Source: a virus (lineage: Duplodnaviria > Heunggongvirae > Uroviricota > Caudoviricetes). Taken from it: DNA of 64,000 nucleotides. The stretch covers positions 1 through 64,000 of the IMG/VR virus record IMGVR_UViG_3300049811_000196; one strand, written 5' to 3'. Position numbers and translations under genes: made by a program. The number at the start of each line of letters is the position of its first letter. Within the stretch, counting starts at the first letter, position 1. Under the pieces are notes generated by a model, which had not been told where the DNA came from, searched no databases, and saw only the letters and a program-made list of their open reading frames with translations. Below are positions 39,150-49,008 of this stretch, piece after piece.

Positions 39150-39234
39150 TTTTGTTTTTTTTAATTTAAGTTTATTTGTTTTCTAATTTTCAGTAAACAA
39201 AACTTAAGTCGGTCCTCGTATCTACTTCATGTTT

Positions 39235-39534
39235 TTAGTTTTTAAATAATAATGAAAGTTTATTGGTGAATTTCTTGGTTTCTTTTGTTTCAATAAAAGA
39301 AATGGATGTAAGTTGATTTCCTAGATCCGGTTCATAGAATTCGGACACAGGAATTCCTTCCATGTACAATTTAATCAATAAGTTTTGTAAATCTCGCTCA
39401 GAATTTATGGAAAGAGAAATAAGGTAATTATTATTCCATTTTTTGGCATCATCGGGATGATCTAAAAAAAACTGAGCGATTGCATGTCCCGTTTGTGCCG
39501 CCTGTGCTCCCAAGGGTAAATCTCCCCTTGTCAC
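39235..39534 (-). CDS. hypothetical protein
   Basis: 99-aa ORF. Confidence 0.35.
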   Translation of the reverse strand: MTRGDLPLGAQAAQTGHAIAQFFLDHPDDAKKWNNNYLISLSINSERDLQNLLIKLYMEGIPVSEFYEPDLGNQLTSISFIETKETKKFTNKLSLLFKN

Positions 39535-39643
39535 AGTAATTAATCTTGTAATCTACATATTTTTCATACCACAAATATACACCTTTTTTTATTAAAACAA
39601 AATATTTTTTATAATTTTTTTATTTCCGTTTTTTTCCTTATAA

Positions 39644-39853
39644 TTATTCGTATCCATCGTCGTTATCGTCGTCCTCATCTCTATGAGGGTTATGTTTCCC
39701 AATTAGCCACCCCAAATGGTTGTATATTTTACCGGGTTTTTTTAAATTTTTAGCTTTCTTTTTGGCTTGTTCAGGTGTTTCAAAAAAGAAATCATAATTA
39801 CCCCATACGTTATTATTCCAATCGGAAAATCTAAGTTTTACTTTTTTATTCAT
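39644..39853 (-). CDS. small hypothetical protein
   Basis: 69-aa ORF with acidic tail. Confidence 0.3.
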   Translation of the reverse strand: MNKKVKLRFSDWNNNVWGNYDFFFETPEQAKKKAKNLKKPGKIYNHLGWLIGKHNPHRDEDDDNDDGYE

Positions 39854-39854
39854 T

Positions 39855-40907
39855 TTAAAAATAATTTAACCATTTGGTCTTAGCCATTTTAGTGTACTTA
39901 TATAATAAGTATTGATTTACTAAGTTATTTACAAATGGAAATCTATACGTCCATAATAATTTTCTGTAAATATCTTCCGAATCTGTTGGTTCAGCGGCGT
40001 ATGCACATCCAATCCAAGGTATTTCTTTTGAACCAACTAATGGTACTCCTTGTGAAACTAAATCTGCGGCAACAATATTAAAGGTTTCGGAAAAAGAAAC
40101 TTGTAATCCCATATCCATTTGTGAACATATATTAATGAATTCATCTCGTTGTGCCCAACCATGATTTACCAATAAGTGACCACTTTCATCTATATGACCA
40201 AATATTGATGTTAGGTTTTTTAAAACATTATCACCTCTTTGTTCTACTCTTCCAGTATTGATGTGAAATCTTAATTTTTTTCCTATTTTATTTGCAAATT
40301 TTATTGCGGCAATAGCTTGAAGAACTTGATTTTTTAATGGTCTAATGGCCCCAAAACAAGATACATCCACATATTCTTTTGATTTATCAAATTTCTTAAA
40401 TTTATATTTCTGAGGATAATAGTTTGGTAAAAATATTATTCTTCTTTGTTGTGTATCATAATCCCACCCCATTTTTAATCCCGCAAACATCCTTATTTCT
40501 TCTAATGTTCTCTCTGAATTTGCTGCAATGACAACGTTATCGAATGGAAGATAATCCCCAATCCAATCAAACGCAATTCCTTCATTTGATAAAAATGGGA
40601 CTTCACTATGTAACCTAATTATCCATTGTACATCAGGGTGTAATCTCATTAAAACATCAAATTTAGTTGGGACTACCCATAGAGCTTCAATAACAACATG
40701 TGTTGGTCTATATAACGTGACTTCCCTATCTATAGAATTATTATCAACCACAACCACTACTTTGGCATCTCTGTGGTTTTCATTCATCATATCAGAAACA
40801 TAATTTGCGGAATTATATAATCCTGTAGATAGGCTTAATTTAGAATGTAAAATGGTGTCATAATCTTGTCTTCTTCTCAGAATAAAAAGAGTTCTTGTGT
40901 CACGCAT
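39855..40907 (-). CDS. hypothetical protein (possible glycosyltransferase-like fold)
   Basis: 350-aa ORF without diagnostic motif. Confidence 0.35.
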   Translation of the reverse strand: MRDTRTLFILRRRQDYDTILHSKLSLSTGLYNSANYVSDMMNENHRDAKVVVVVDNNSIDREVTLYRPTHVVIEALWVVPTKFDVLMRLHPDVQWIIRLHSEVPFLSNEGIAFDWIGDYLPFDNVVIAANSERTLEEIRMFAGLKMGWDYDTQQRRIIFLPNYYPQKYKFKKFDKSKEYVDVSCFGAIRPLKNQVLQAIAAIKFANKIGKKLRFHINTGRVEQRGDNVLKNLTSIFGHIDESGHLLVNHGWAQRDEFINICSQMDMGLQVSFSETFNIVAADLVSQGVPLVGSKEIPWIGCAYAAEPTDSEDIYRKLLWTYRFPFVNNLVNQYLLYKYTKMAKTKWLNYF

Positions 40908-41037
40908 ATATTATTAATATTGTTTTAATTATAAATAATCAACATATTGAATAAAGACGAAAAAATAAGTTATTTTTTTGTTGGTTTTTTATATATATGT
41001 ATATACACATCACTTTTGATTTGAAATATGTATTATT

Positions 41038-41409
41038 ATGAATAAAGTGATTTCATTGACATGGTATATCGAACCTCCCATAGACTTTGAACACAAACAA
41101 TATATTTTACTTGCTTACTTACACACCGTGGATGGTTCTTTTATGCAAAAAAAATTATCACCACATTTTCTTTATTTGGAAAAAGTATTAAACGAACTAA
41201 ATTCCTTCAATAAATCGTTTGATGATATGTCAAGATCCTTGGATAAGAACAAGTATATTTTCTTTGCAAATGATCATAAAATAGATAATGGTGGGGAAAA
41301 ACTACTATATGAAATAAAGGACATTATCGATTTTTCAATACCACAAATAGAGACGAGGATTGATTTTGGTCGTTCAATACTTAAAAAGTATAGTCAAATC
41401 CTGTTTTAA
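41038..41409 (+). CDS. hypothetical protein
   Basis: 123-aa ORF. Confidence 0.4.
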   Translation: MNKVISLTWYIEPPIDFEHKQYILLAYLHTVDGSFMQKKLSPHFLYLEKVLNELNSFNKSFDDMSRSLDKNKYIFFANDHKIDNGGEKLLYEIKDIIDFSIPQIETRIDFGRSILKKYSQILF

Positions 41410-41441
41410 TTGATATTTATATAGAGATAAAATGAAATCTT

Positions 41442-41690
41442 ATGGGTAATTTTTTTAAAATATTTAATGACGATAACAATATAAATGAAAAGGCAATAAT
41501 TGGTTTTATTTCATTTGCGGTTATGATAGGATTTGCAGTAATGGATATAATTGCCGCCTATAAAGGGAAGTCGTTGCTGGTTAATGAATTTATATTCAAT
41601 TCCTTCCTGATAATAACCCTCGGTTCTTTGGGTATTGCATCGATTGATAAGTACATCAATAAAAATTCTGAAACATCAGATAGCGAATAA
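41442..41690 (+). CDS. small membrane protein (2 TM)
   Basis: Hydrophobic segments. Terminator follows. Confidence 0.4.
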   Translation: MGNFFKIFNDDNNINEKAIIGFISFAVMIGFAVMDIIAAYKGKSLLVNEFIFNSFLIITLGSLGIASIDKYINKNSETSDSE

Positions 41691-41695
41691 AAAGA

Positions 41696-41719
41696 AACCC
41701 TCTGTAGAAACAGAGGGTT
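41696..41719 (+). terminator. rho-independent terminator
   Basis: aaccctctgtagaaacagagggtttt. Confidence 0.6.
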
Positions 41720-41765
41720 TTCAATAAATGAAATCATGTTATGGATATACCAATAGTATATCCTT

Positions 41766-42107
41766 TTATTTTTTATTTGTCAATAGATTTTTGATTTTTA
41801 CTATTTTATCACAAAATTCATAATCCTCGATTTTTTCAAAATGGGGCATTAAATCTCTCATTAAAATTTCGTGATCGTTTCTTTCAAAAATAAATTCGGT
41901 ATCCCATTCGAACCCTTGAATTTTTGCATAAACAACCAAATTTAATTTTTTCTTTCTTTTTAAATCTAAAAACCCATTAAACGTTTCGACTATTGTTCTA
42001 TAAATCAAATCCTTATTTTCTTCATAAAAATGAGGAAAATTTTCATAGTCGTTCTCTAAAACCAATTCTTTGAAACATACTTTCTTTTTCGTTTTGACTG
42101 CAATCAT
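41766..42107 (-). CDS. hypothetical protein
   Basis: 113-aa ORF. Confidence 0.4.
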   Translation of the reverse strand: MIAVKTKKKVCFKELVLENDYENFPHFYEENKDLIYRTIVETFNGFLDLKRKKKLNLVVYAKIQGFEWDTEFIFERNDHEILMRDLMPHFEKIEDYEFCDKIVKIKNLLTNKK

Positions 42108-42300
42108 AGTTTACGGATTTAAAATAAAAATATAGGGGCTAATTTAAGTCAAAAACTTTGCCAAAATTTAATAAAAAACCCCAACAGGTCGTCGGGGTCT
42201 TATGGTCTTTGTGATTTCAACGTCACATAAAAAAAACGAAAAGGTTATCGACAAAGAAAACCTATGAGTATAATAAATATCACAAAAAAGACAAAAAGTA

Positions 42301-43515
42301 TTATTTTAACTTTTTTGTGGATATATTTTTGTTCGTTTCATTAACGATGTGATACCACTCCCAATTCACGATTGAGTTTTCATTCATTTGTGCCAAATCA
42401 TACAATTTTGATACTTTTCTAATCATTTTTTCACCTACAAAGTTAAAGAACTTTTCGTAAAAATTAAAAAATTTTTTATAATTTTTAAGTTTATCTAATT
42501 TTTTATGTAAATCATTGTAAATCCGTTTTTTATTCGGACTCATTCCCATAAGTACGTCAAGGAAACTAGTTATATTTTCGACAATTGAGTTGTGAGCGTT
42601 ATTATAATAATTAATATAGATAACATCCAATATTTGTTCAATCATTTCATCTTCTGTCTTTCCTTCATATTCTACTCCATTCTCCGCAAAAATTTTTGTG
42701 ATTTTATCAATGTCTTTTTTTAATTCATTTTTAAAATTATTTAAAGAGAAATTTTTAAGTTCTAAAAGAGTTTTAAAAATGTCGTTATTGGTTAAAAACT
42801 CGCTGAAATCTTTTTTCTTTATTTTATTGGTGTGTAATTCATACCCAATTTCTGTTGGTCTTGTGACCCATTCTATGGAATGTGCAAAATATATTAAATG
42901 TAAAAACTTATCAATTGGCCATATCCCAAAAGAAATTTTTTGTAATGCACTATATGAGGACATACTATATATCCCAACCTTTTTTTTCTTAACGTCATGG
43001 TATTTATGAGACAGCTCATGTGATAATCCCCTCGAAATTTCTTGTTTCTTTTCTAATAACTTATCGATAATAAAATCCATTTCCGCATTAATGGGTGCGG
43101 CAATTCTAAAACGAAGATCGGTTTCATTGTTTAAAATATCATGATCATAATGTAATGATTTATTATGTTTAATTGGATCGTAAGGGGTTTGAAGATTCTG
43201 GATTGCATAATTTAATATTTCAATTTTATTTGGGTCAACTTTTGGGTGATATATGATGGATAGAGTAAAATCAACCGAATTAATATTAAAATTCCCGATT
43301 TGATCTTTTAATTCGATATTGAAATTAATGGTAATTCCATTATTATCTTGTTGTGTATGATAATTTTGACTTTTTAAATCATTTAAAAACTGGTCCGTTA
43401 TCTTATCCGCAACATTAAAAATATTATTGGGTATTCCTAAAGCCTCATTTAGTTGGAAATTTATGATCCTCTTCAACTGAGATTCCTTTATTGATATTTT
43501 TTTCATATATATCAA
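42301..43515 (-). CDS. hypothetical protein
   Basis: 404-aa ORF. Confidence 0.45.
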   Translation of the reverse strand: MIYMKKISIKESQLKRIINFQLNEALGIPNNIFNVADKITDQFLNDLKSQNYHTQQDNNGITINFNIELKDQIGNFNINSVDFTLSIIYHPKVDPNKIEILNYAIQNLQTPYDPIKHNKSLHYDHDILNNETDLRFRIAAPINAEMDFIIDKLLEKKQEISRGLSHELSHKYHDVKKKKVGIYSMSSYSALQKISFGIWPIDKFLHLIYFAHSIEWVTRPTEIGYELHTNKIKKKDFSEFLTNNDIFKTLLELKNFSLNNFKNELKKDIDKITKIFAENGVEYEGKTEDEMIEQILDVIYINYYNNAHNSIVENITSFLDVLMGMSPNKKRIYNDLHKKLDKLKNYKKFFNFYEKFFNFVGEKMIRKVSKLYDLAQMNENSIVNWEWYHIVNETNKNISTKKLK

Positions 43516-43525
43516 TAAATACCAA

Positions 43526-44683
43526 TCATTTTACTCTTTTATTCTTTTTTGTGATTAATGGTGTCTCATCTTTAATTTTAAACACATATTCAAGACTTGG
43601 TTTAATTTCTCCCATTAGAATTTGTTCGCTAATGAAATCTTCACATATGTTTTGAATTATCCGTTTTATCGGTCTTGCACCATATTCCTCTTGTTTATTG
43701 AGTTCAAAAATTCGGGTAATTACTGATTTATCAAATGTGATGTTATAGTCTTTCTCAGATAATCTATTATTCAATTTTTCAATCTCTTTGTCAATAATCG
43801 TTTTAAGTGTTTCTTCATTTAATGGATTGAATAGAATGATGTCATCAATTCTATTCAAAAATTCAGGATTAAACTGTTGTTTTAATGATTTTTCGATTAT
43901 TGATTTTCTTACTTCATATTTTTGATTTTCACTTGATGTCGTTGAAAACCCGATACCATTACCAAACTCGGAGACTTTTTTTGCACCCACATTTGATGTC
44001 ATTATAATAATGGTGTTGGTGAAATTTACCTTCCTGCCGAAAGAATCCGTCAAATGACCCTCATCTAAAATCTGTAATAAAATGTTATAAACATCTTTAT
44101 GAGCTTTTTCAATTTCATCAAAAAGAATGACTGAAAATGGATTGTTTTTAACTTTTTCAGTTAATTGCCCACCTTCTTCATGACCAACATATCCGGGAGG
44201 AGATCCAATTAATTTAGCAACGTTATGTTTTTCCATGTATTCGCTCATATCGACACGAATAATTTTATCCGGATCCCCAAAAAGTAATTCCGCCAAGGAT
44301 TTTGCTAAATACGTATTATGTGACAAAATTCCTGAAGTGTAATATCTATGGTTTGAATTTTCCGTTAATTCAAAATCATACATTGTTTCGCTTCGATTCA
44401 AATTCAAAATATGTTCAACCGATTCAAGACCAGTTTCGGTATAAATTAAATCACCGACATGTAAATCTTTAACAAATACTTCCTCCATGTTGTTATTAAA
44501 AACAATATGGGTGTCAGCACATTGCAAAACATAATTATTGGTTTTCAACTCCCAAACCTCATATGGTACTGTTTCATGTAACGCCTCAACATTTACAAAT
44601 CCATTGTCTGTTAATATTTCGTAATCACTTAAATTAAATGTCTTCGTTATTTTTCTTTCAATAGTCTCAGATAAAATTTCCAT
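43526..44683 (-). CDS. ClpC/ClpB-like AAA+ ATPase, C-terminal fragment (C-intein plus D2 domain remainder)
   Basis: After ...GILSHN comes TYLAKSLAELLFG...IRVDMSEYMEKHNVAKLIGSPPGYVGHEEGGQLTE...ILFDEIEKAH...MTSNVG, the Clp D2 sensor and Walker B region. Confidence 0.8.
   Translation of the reverse strand: MEILSETIERKITKTFNLSDYEILTDNGFVNVEALHETVPYEVWELKTNNYVLQCADTHIVFNNNMEEVFVKDLHVGDLIYTETGLESVEHILNLNRSETMYDFELTENSNHRYYTSGILSHNTYLAKSLAELLFGDPDKIIRVDMSEYMEKHNVAKLIGSPPGYVGHEEGGQLTEKVKNNPFSVILFDEIEKAHKDVYNILLQILDEGHLTDSFGRKVNFTNTIIIMTSNVGAKKVSEFGNGIGFSTTSSENQKYEVRKSIIEKSLKQQFNPEFLNRIDDIILFNPLNEETLKTIIDKEIEKLNNRLSEKDYNITFDKSVITRIFELNKQEEYGARPIKRIIQNICEDFISEQILMGEIKPSLEYVFKIKDETPLITKKNKRVK
44315..44683 (-). 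mobile_element. C-terminal part (123 aa) of a split mini-intein
   Basis: Block B-like CADTHIV. Block F MYDFELTENSNHRYYTSG. Block G ILSHN followed by extein Thr. Confidence 0.7.
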
Positions 44684-44703
44684 ATTTTTGTTTTAAATTT
44701 TAA

Positions 44704-45963
44704 TTACGAATTTAAGAAAATAATACAATTTTCTAACACTTTTTCTGGTGATTTTCTATAATCATTATCCCAAATAGTAAGAACTTGAAATCCTAAATTA
44801 TTAGCCGCTTCTATTTTTAATTTATCTTTTTCCCAAATTTGCTTTGCTGTTAAGGTTTTTCTAAATGGATGAGGAAAATCGTCTTCTACATATGTACGGG
44901 GATTTGCGTGGTACATATCACCATTATACTCAATAATTTTCATTTTTTTTAAATCGGTATAGTCATATAAATAAAAACTTGTATCAGTCTTGATTTTATA
45001 TTCTTCATTTTTTGTGGCAAACATTATGTTAATATGATGATTTATGTCTTCTAACTTTAAAATATCATAAAATAATTTTTGAGAAGATATCGAATAACCA
45101 AAACGCATATTTCCGTTTTGTGTTAAAGACTTATTCCATTTTATTTGTCTTTCACTAAATCTCCTCCTACCCTCTTCTTCACCATACTTTTCAATACAAA
45201 TATCGAGCGTAAATGTTTTTTGTCGTTGACTTACTTTGAGAACCGATTGTTCGTAAGTGTATCCTTGTTTTTCCCAATATTCTGTTCGAGTTGTTGATGA
45301 ACTAAAATATTTTTCAGGATTAAGTCCGCGTTTTAAAATATAATTTTCTGAATTTAATTTTTGAATTTTAGAAATATTAAGTTTTGCTTCTTGTTCGTTA
45401 TAACCACGTTTCAACCAATATTGAATTGAAAAATGTGATTTTGATGATAGGAAATCCATGATCTCTTTTTCACTCATACCTTTTTCACGCATATCATCCT
45501 TAGATAAAGATTTTCTATTCACAACTAATTTAGAAGATTTTTGTTGTTGTTTACTTATTTCTTGTTTCGCCCGCATCTCATCATACCCCTTAATAGTCCA
45601 ATATTCAACACACAACCTATTCCTTTTTTTTATTTCGATGTTTCTTTTACTGAGTATAGATTTAGCAGTACCCTCAGACCATCCACGTTCTAACCAGTAA
45701 TTGATATTACCATACTTTTTGGTTTTGAATTTATAGTTTTTTCTCAACCAATGAATTAATAAAGAAAATGACACCTCACCTTCATCATTGATTAACTTAG
45801 TATATAATCTATCATATTCCTCACAAAAACATTCATTACCTAAATTTTTATCAATTGTAATAATATGTGAAACAAATTCGTTGAATGTTGAAAAATAGTT
45901 TTTAGCGTCTATTTTTTTCTTTAAAAATTTTAAAACCACGATGATCTTACGTACTGTTGTCAT
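44704..45963 (-). CDS. free-standing DUF559/Vsr-like (PD-(D/E)XK) endonuclease with N-terminal DNA-binding repeats
   Basis: Four repeats of xYWLxRGYxExEAK type. C-terminal KIIEYNGDMYHA...GFQVLTIWDNDY. Confidence 0.65.
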   Translation of the reverse strand: MTTVRKIIVVLKFLKKKIDAKNYFSTFNEFVSHIITIDKNLGNECFCEEYDRLYTKLINDEGEVSFSLLIHWLRKNYKFKTKKYGNINYWLERGWSEGTAKSILSKRNIEIKKRNRLCVEYWTIKGYDEMRAKQEISKQQQKSSKLVVNRKSLSKDDMREKGMSEKEIMDFLSSKSHFSIQYWLKRGYNEQEAKLNISKIQKLNSENYILKRGLNPEKYFSSSTTRTEYWEKQGYTYEQSVLKVSQRQKTFTLDICIEKYGEEEGRRRFSERQIKWNKSLTQNGNMRFGYSISSQKLFYDILKLEDINHHINIMFATKNEEYKIKTDTSFYLYDYTDLKKMKIIEYNGDMYHANPRTYVEDDFPHPFRKTLTAKQIWEKDKLKIEAANNLGFQVLTIWDNDYRKSPEKVLENCIIFLNS

Positions 45964-45984
45964 TCGAAGACCAATTCGTTTATT

Positions 45985-47340
45985 TTATTTGGATTTACTG
46001 GTTTCGGACAGTATGTTATTTATAAATACTTCAATACTAACAGAAAACTCTTTGCCGGTAGATTTTTCTCTTAATGTTATATTAGAGTTTTTTGTAATAC
46101 ATTTACCCACCCCTGTTGATCCTAAAAATATAAAACTACCGATAGGTTTATTCCCATCTTTAATTCCAACCCTGTTTCTCCTAATCGCTTTAGCAATTAG
46201 AGAAATTGCTCCATCTTGTCCAATTACTTTTTTTGACAGAATTGTTTCAATTTTTAACAATTTTTCACTTTCTTTTGAATCCAGTTTAGATACGGGAACA
46301 CCAGTTATTTGGGTAATGATGTTATAAACATCCTCAATGGTTATAGGTGTTTTATTATTTTTTTGTTTTTCTTCCCATTTTTTCTTTTCCTCATCGAGCT
46401 TGAGAAGAATTTTTCTTTCGTCGTCTCTCAACTTTGCTGCCTGTTCATAATTTTGATTTTTGACAACTTGGAGTTTTTTCTCTTTTATCTCGTCAGATTC
46501 TTTTCTTAATTTTTCAATATGTTCTGGAATTCTGCTCGAAACTTTCTTTTCAGATCCGAGTTCATCCAAAATATCAATGGCTTTATCAGGAAATTGTCTA
46601 TCGGTTATGTACTTATGACATAACTTAACAATGGTTTCAATAACCTCATTTTCATAAGTGACTTTATGGAAAGTCTCGTATGATTTTTTGAGATTTTTTA
46701 AAATATCAATGGTTTCATTTACGGTTGGTTCTTTTAATATGATTTTTTGGAACCTTCTAACCAAGGCTCCGTCCTTTTCTATATGTTTTTTAAATTCGTC
46801 AAACGTTGTTGCACCAATACATTGTATTTCACCCCTTGCCAATGCTGGTTTTAGGATATTTGCGGCATCCATAGACCCACTCGCATTACCAGCACCAACC
46901 ATTGTGTGTAATTCGTCAATAAATACAATAACATTCGGAGCTTCCTGTAATTCATTTAAAATAGCCTTTATTCTTTCTTCAAATTGTCCCCTATATTTTG
47001 TTCCCGCAACAATAGATGTTAAATCGAGGGACACTATTCTCTTGTCCAATAAGTTATTGGGACATTCCCCCTTGTGTATCATTAAAGCCAGCTTCTCAAC
47101 CAATGCGGATTTACCAACACCCGCATCACCAACAATAACGACATTGTTTTTTTTCTTCCTTGATAATATTTGTGCAATCCTTTTTACTTCACCATCTCGA
47201 CCAATTACAGGGTCTATCTTACCTTCTTCCGCTAATTTTATTAAATCTCTCGAAAAATTATCAAGTATCGGTGTGTTGGAACCCTTCTTAATTTTTTTAG
47301 GATTTAATGTTTGACCTTCTTCATAAAATTCTACAGACAT
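45985..47340 (-). CDS. ClpC/ClpB-like AAA+ ATPase, N-terminal fragment (D1, UVR-like middle region, start of D2) plus 38-aa N-intein
   Basis: GDAGVGKS. CIGATTFDEFKKHIEKDGALVRRFQKI. NYEQAAKLRDDERKIL. VIGQDGAISLIAKAIRRNRVGIKDGNKPIGSFIFLGSTGVGK, then CITKNS... in place of the Walker A Thr. Confidence 0.8.
   Translation of the reverse strand: MSVEFYEEGQTLNPKKIKKGSNTPILDNFSRDLIKLAEEGKIDPVIGRDGEVKRIAQILSRKKKNNVVIVGDAGVGKSALVEKLALMIHKGECPNNLLDKRIVSLDLTSIVAGTKYRGQFEERIKAILNELQEAPNVIVFIDELHTMVGAGNASGSMDAANILKPALARGEIQCIGATTFDEFKKHIEKDGALVRRFQKIILKEPTVNETIDILKNLKKSYETFHKVTYENEVIETIVKLCHKYITDRQFPDKAIDILDELGSEKKVSSRIPEHIEKLRKESDEIKEKKLQVVKNQNYEQAAKLRDDERKILLKLDEEKKKWEEKQKNNKTPITIEDVYNIITQITGVPVSKLDSKESEKLLKIETILSKKVIGQDGAISLIAKAIRRNRVGIKDGNKPIGSFIFLGSTGVGKCITKNSNITLREKSTGKEFSVSIEVFINNILSETSKSK
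45988..46101 (-). mobile_element. N-terminal part (38 aa) of a split mini-intein inserted at GVGK|T of the D2 Walker A
   Basis: Cys1 replaces the P-loop Thr. The ORF stops after ...NILSETSKSK. The downstream fragment restarts MEILSETIERK, so ILSET is duplicated. Confidence 0.7.
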
Positions 47341-47492
47341 TGGATATTAGTTTTATAAAACAAATATAACATAAATCACACTAAAAAAAAAGAAAGACAT
47401 CTTGACATAAATTTTTTAAAACGAATGACAAAATATCATATTAATATCGTTTTGCACATTATTTGATTACTGTACTGTAAAATTTAATTACT

Positions 47493-47873
47493 ATGTATAC
47501 ATTACAGAAATCTCCGTTCAAAAACCTTTTAGATGGGTTCTTTAATGATTTTGATTATTTGGTAGATGCCAACTATCAATTACAAACAAAAACAATAAAC
47601 AACGAAAATGAATTCCTTATTGGTATTTCTGTGCCGGGATTGAAAAAGGATGATGTGAAAGTTTCTTTGGATAATAAAATATTATATGTTGAATACTCTC
47701 CTCCGGAAACAAAAAAGGAATTTAATTTTACTTCCGCATTTAAAAAATCTTTCTATATTCCTGATGATGTTGATGAAACATCGATTTCGGGAACAATAGA
47801 AGATGGTATTTTAAAGATATCCCTACCAAAAACAAAAAAGAAACCCTCCCAAAGATTGATTACGGTCAATTAA
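47493..47873 (+). CDS. small heat-shock protein (Hsp20/alpha-crystallin family)
   Basis: C-terminal SGTIEDGILKISLPK resembles the Hsp20 GVLTVTVPK motif. Confidence 0.7.
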   Translation: MYTLQKSPFKNLLDGFFNDFDYLVDANYQLQTKTINNENEFLIGISVPGLKKDDVKVSLDNKILYVEYSPPETKKEFNFTSAFKKSFYIPDDVDETSISGTIEDGILKISLPKTKKKPSQRLITVN

Positions 47874-47878
47874 CAAAA

Positions 47879-47900
47879 ACCCCTCATTTTGAGGGGTTTT
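47879..47900 (+). terminator. rho-independent terminator
   Basis: cccctcattttgagggg followed by a T-run. Confidence 0.65.
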
Positions 47901-47940
47901 AATTTTTATTTATTTTAATTATATTCTTATAAAAAAGAAT

Positions 47941-48183
47941 ATGGGAATATTATCAGAAAAAATCGAAGGAAAAACAATTTCAGTATCTATTCAATCTTCA
48001 AATCTAAAATTAGCCACTTATGATACCGAAAGTAAGTTATTAGAAATTCAGTTCAATAATGGTGGTATTTATCAATATGAAAATGTTCCTTGGGAGGTTT
48101 TCACCAAATTTAGAATGGCAGAATCTCAGGGAAAATTTTTTAATCAACATATTGGTAAAGTGTATAAATACAAAAAGATATAA
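47941..48183 (+). CDS. KTSC-domain protein
   Basis: YDTESKLLEIQFNNGGIYQYENVPWEVFTKF...SQGKFFN. Confidence 0.6.
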   Translation: MGILSEKIEGKTISVSIQSSNLKLATYDTESKLLEIQFNNGGIYQYENVPWEVFTKFRMAESQGKFFNQHIGKVYKYKKI

Positions 48184-48938
48184 TGAGTTTGTATGAAGAG
48201 TTAATAGAGTATTCCAAAAACGATGAAGAGATTGTAAAAACCTTTCATCCAAAAAGTGAACTCTGTCCAGACATATTCAATTCACAAAATGGTTCATTCA
48301 TATTGAAACCAGATATCAGAAAAAAATTGATTGAAATTTCCGATCATTTTATGGAAACTCTTGGTGTCGAATTCTTCATACATGATATACATTTAACGGG
48401 ATCATTATCTAATTATAATTGGTCGAAATACTCAGATGTTGATTTGCATATTGTTATTGATTTTGAAAATACTAATTACAACCATTCCTTTCTAAAAGAA
48501 TTTTTTGATGCAAAAAAGGAAGTATGGAATAAAAATCACAACGTAAAAATTAAAAATTTTGATGTTGAGGTATACATTCAGGATAATAATGAAAAACATA
48601 TATCATCGGGGGTTTTCTCGGTATTAAACAATAAATGGTTAATAGAACCCAAAAAAGAAACTCCAAATATTGATGATAGAAAAATTCTTGATAAAGGTGA
48701 GGAATACGCAAAAAAAATAGATAAGATGGTGTCTTTATCTAAAAAGAAAGACATGACAGAAGAAATTTCTTTATTAAGAAAGAAGATAAAATCGTTTAGA
48801 CAAAGTGGGTTAGAGAGCGGGGGAGAACACTCATACGAAAACTTAGTTTTTAAGTTATTGAGAAGAAATGGATATATTAAAAAACTATTTGACCTCAGAA
48901 TTAAGTTGATTGATAAAAAATTATCTTTGAAACAATAA
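48183..48938 (+). CDS. Pol-beta-superfamily nucleotidyltransferase
   Basis: HLTGSLSNYNWSKYSDVDLHIVID (GS...DxD). Start overlaps the KTSC stop. Confidence 0.55.
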   Translation: MSLYEELIEYSKNDEEIVKTFHPKSELCPDIFNSQNGSFILKPDIRKKLIEISDHFMETLGVEFFIHDIHLTGSLSNYNWSKYSDVDLHIVIDFENTNYNHSFLKEFFDAKKEVWNKNHNVKIKNFDVEVYIQDNNEKHISSGVFSVLNNKWLIEPKKETPNIDDRKILDKGEEYAKKIDKMVSLSKKKDMTEEISLLRKKIKSFRQSGLESGGEHSYENLVFKLLRRNGYIKKLFDLRIKLIDKKLSLKQ

Positions 48939-49008
48939 ATATCCATAATTTTTTTATGGATATGGTTGTATTTATTATATAAGAATAAGTTTAATTAATA
49001 ACCACAAA

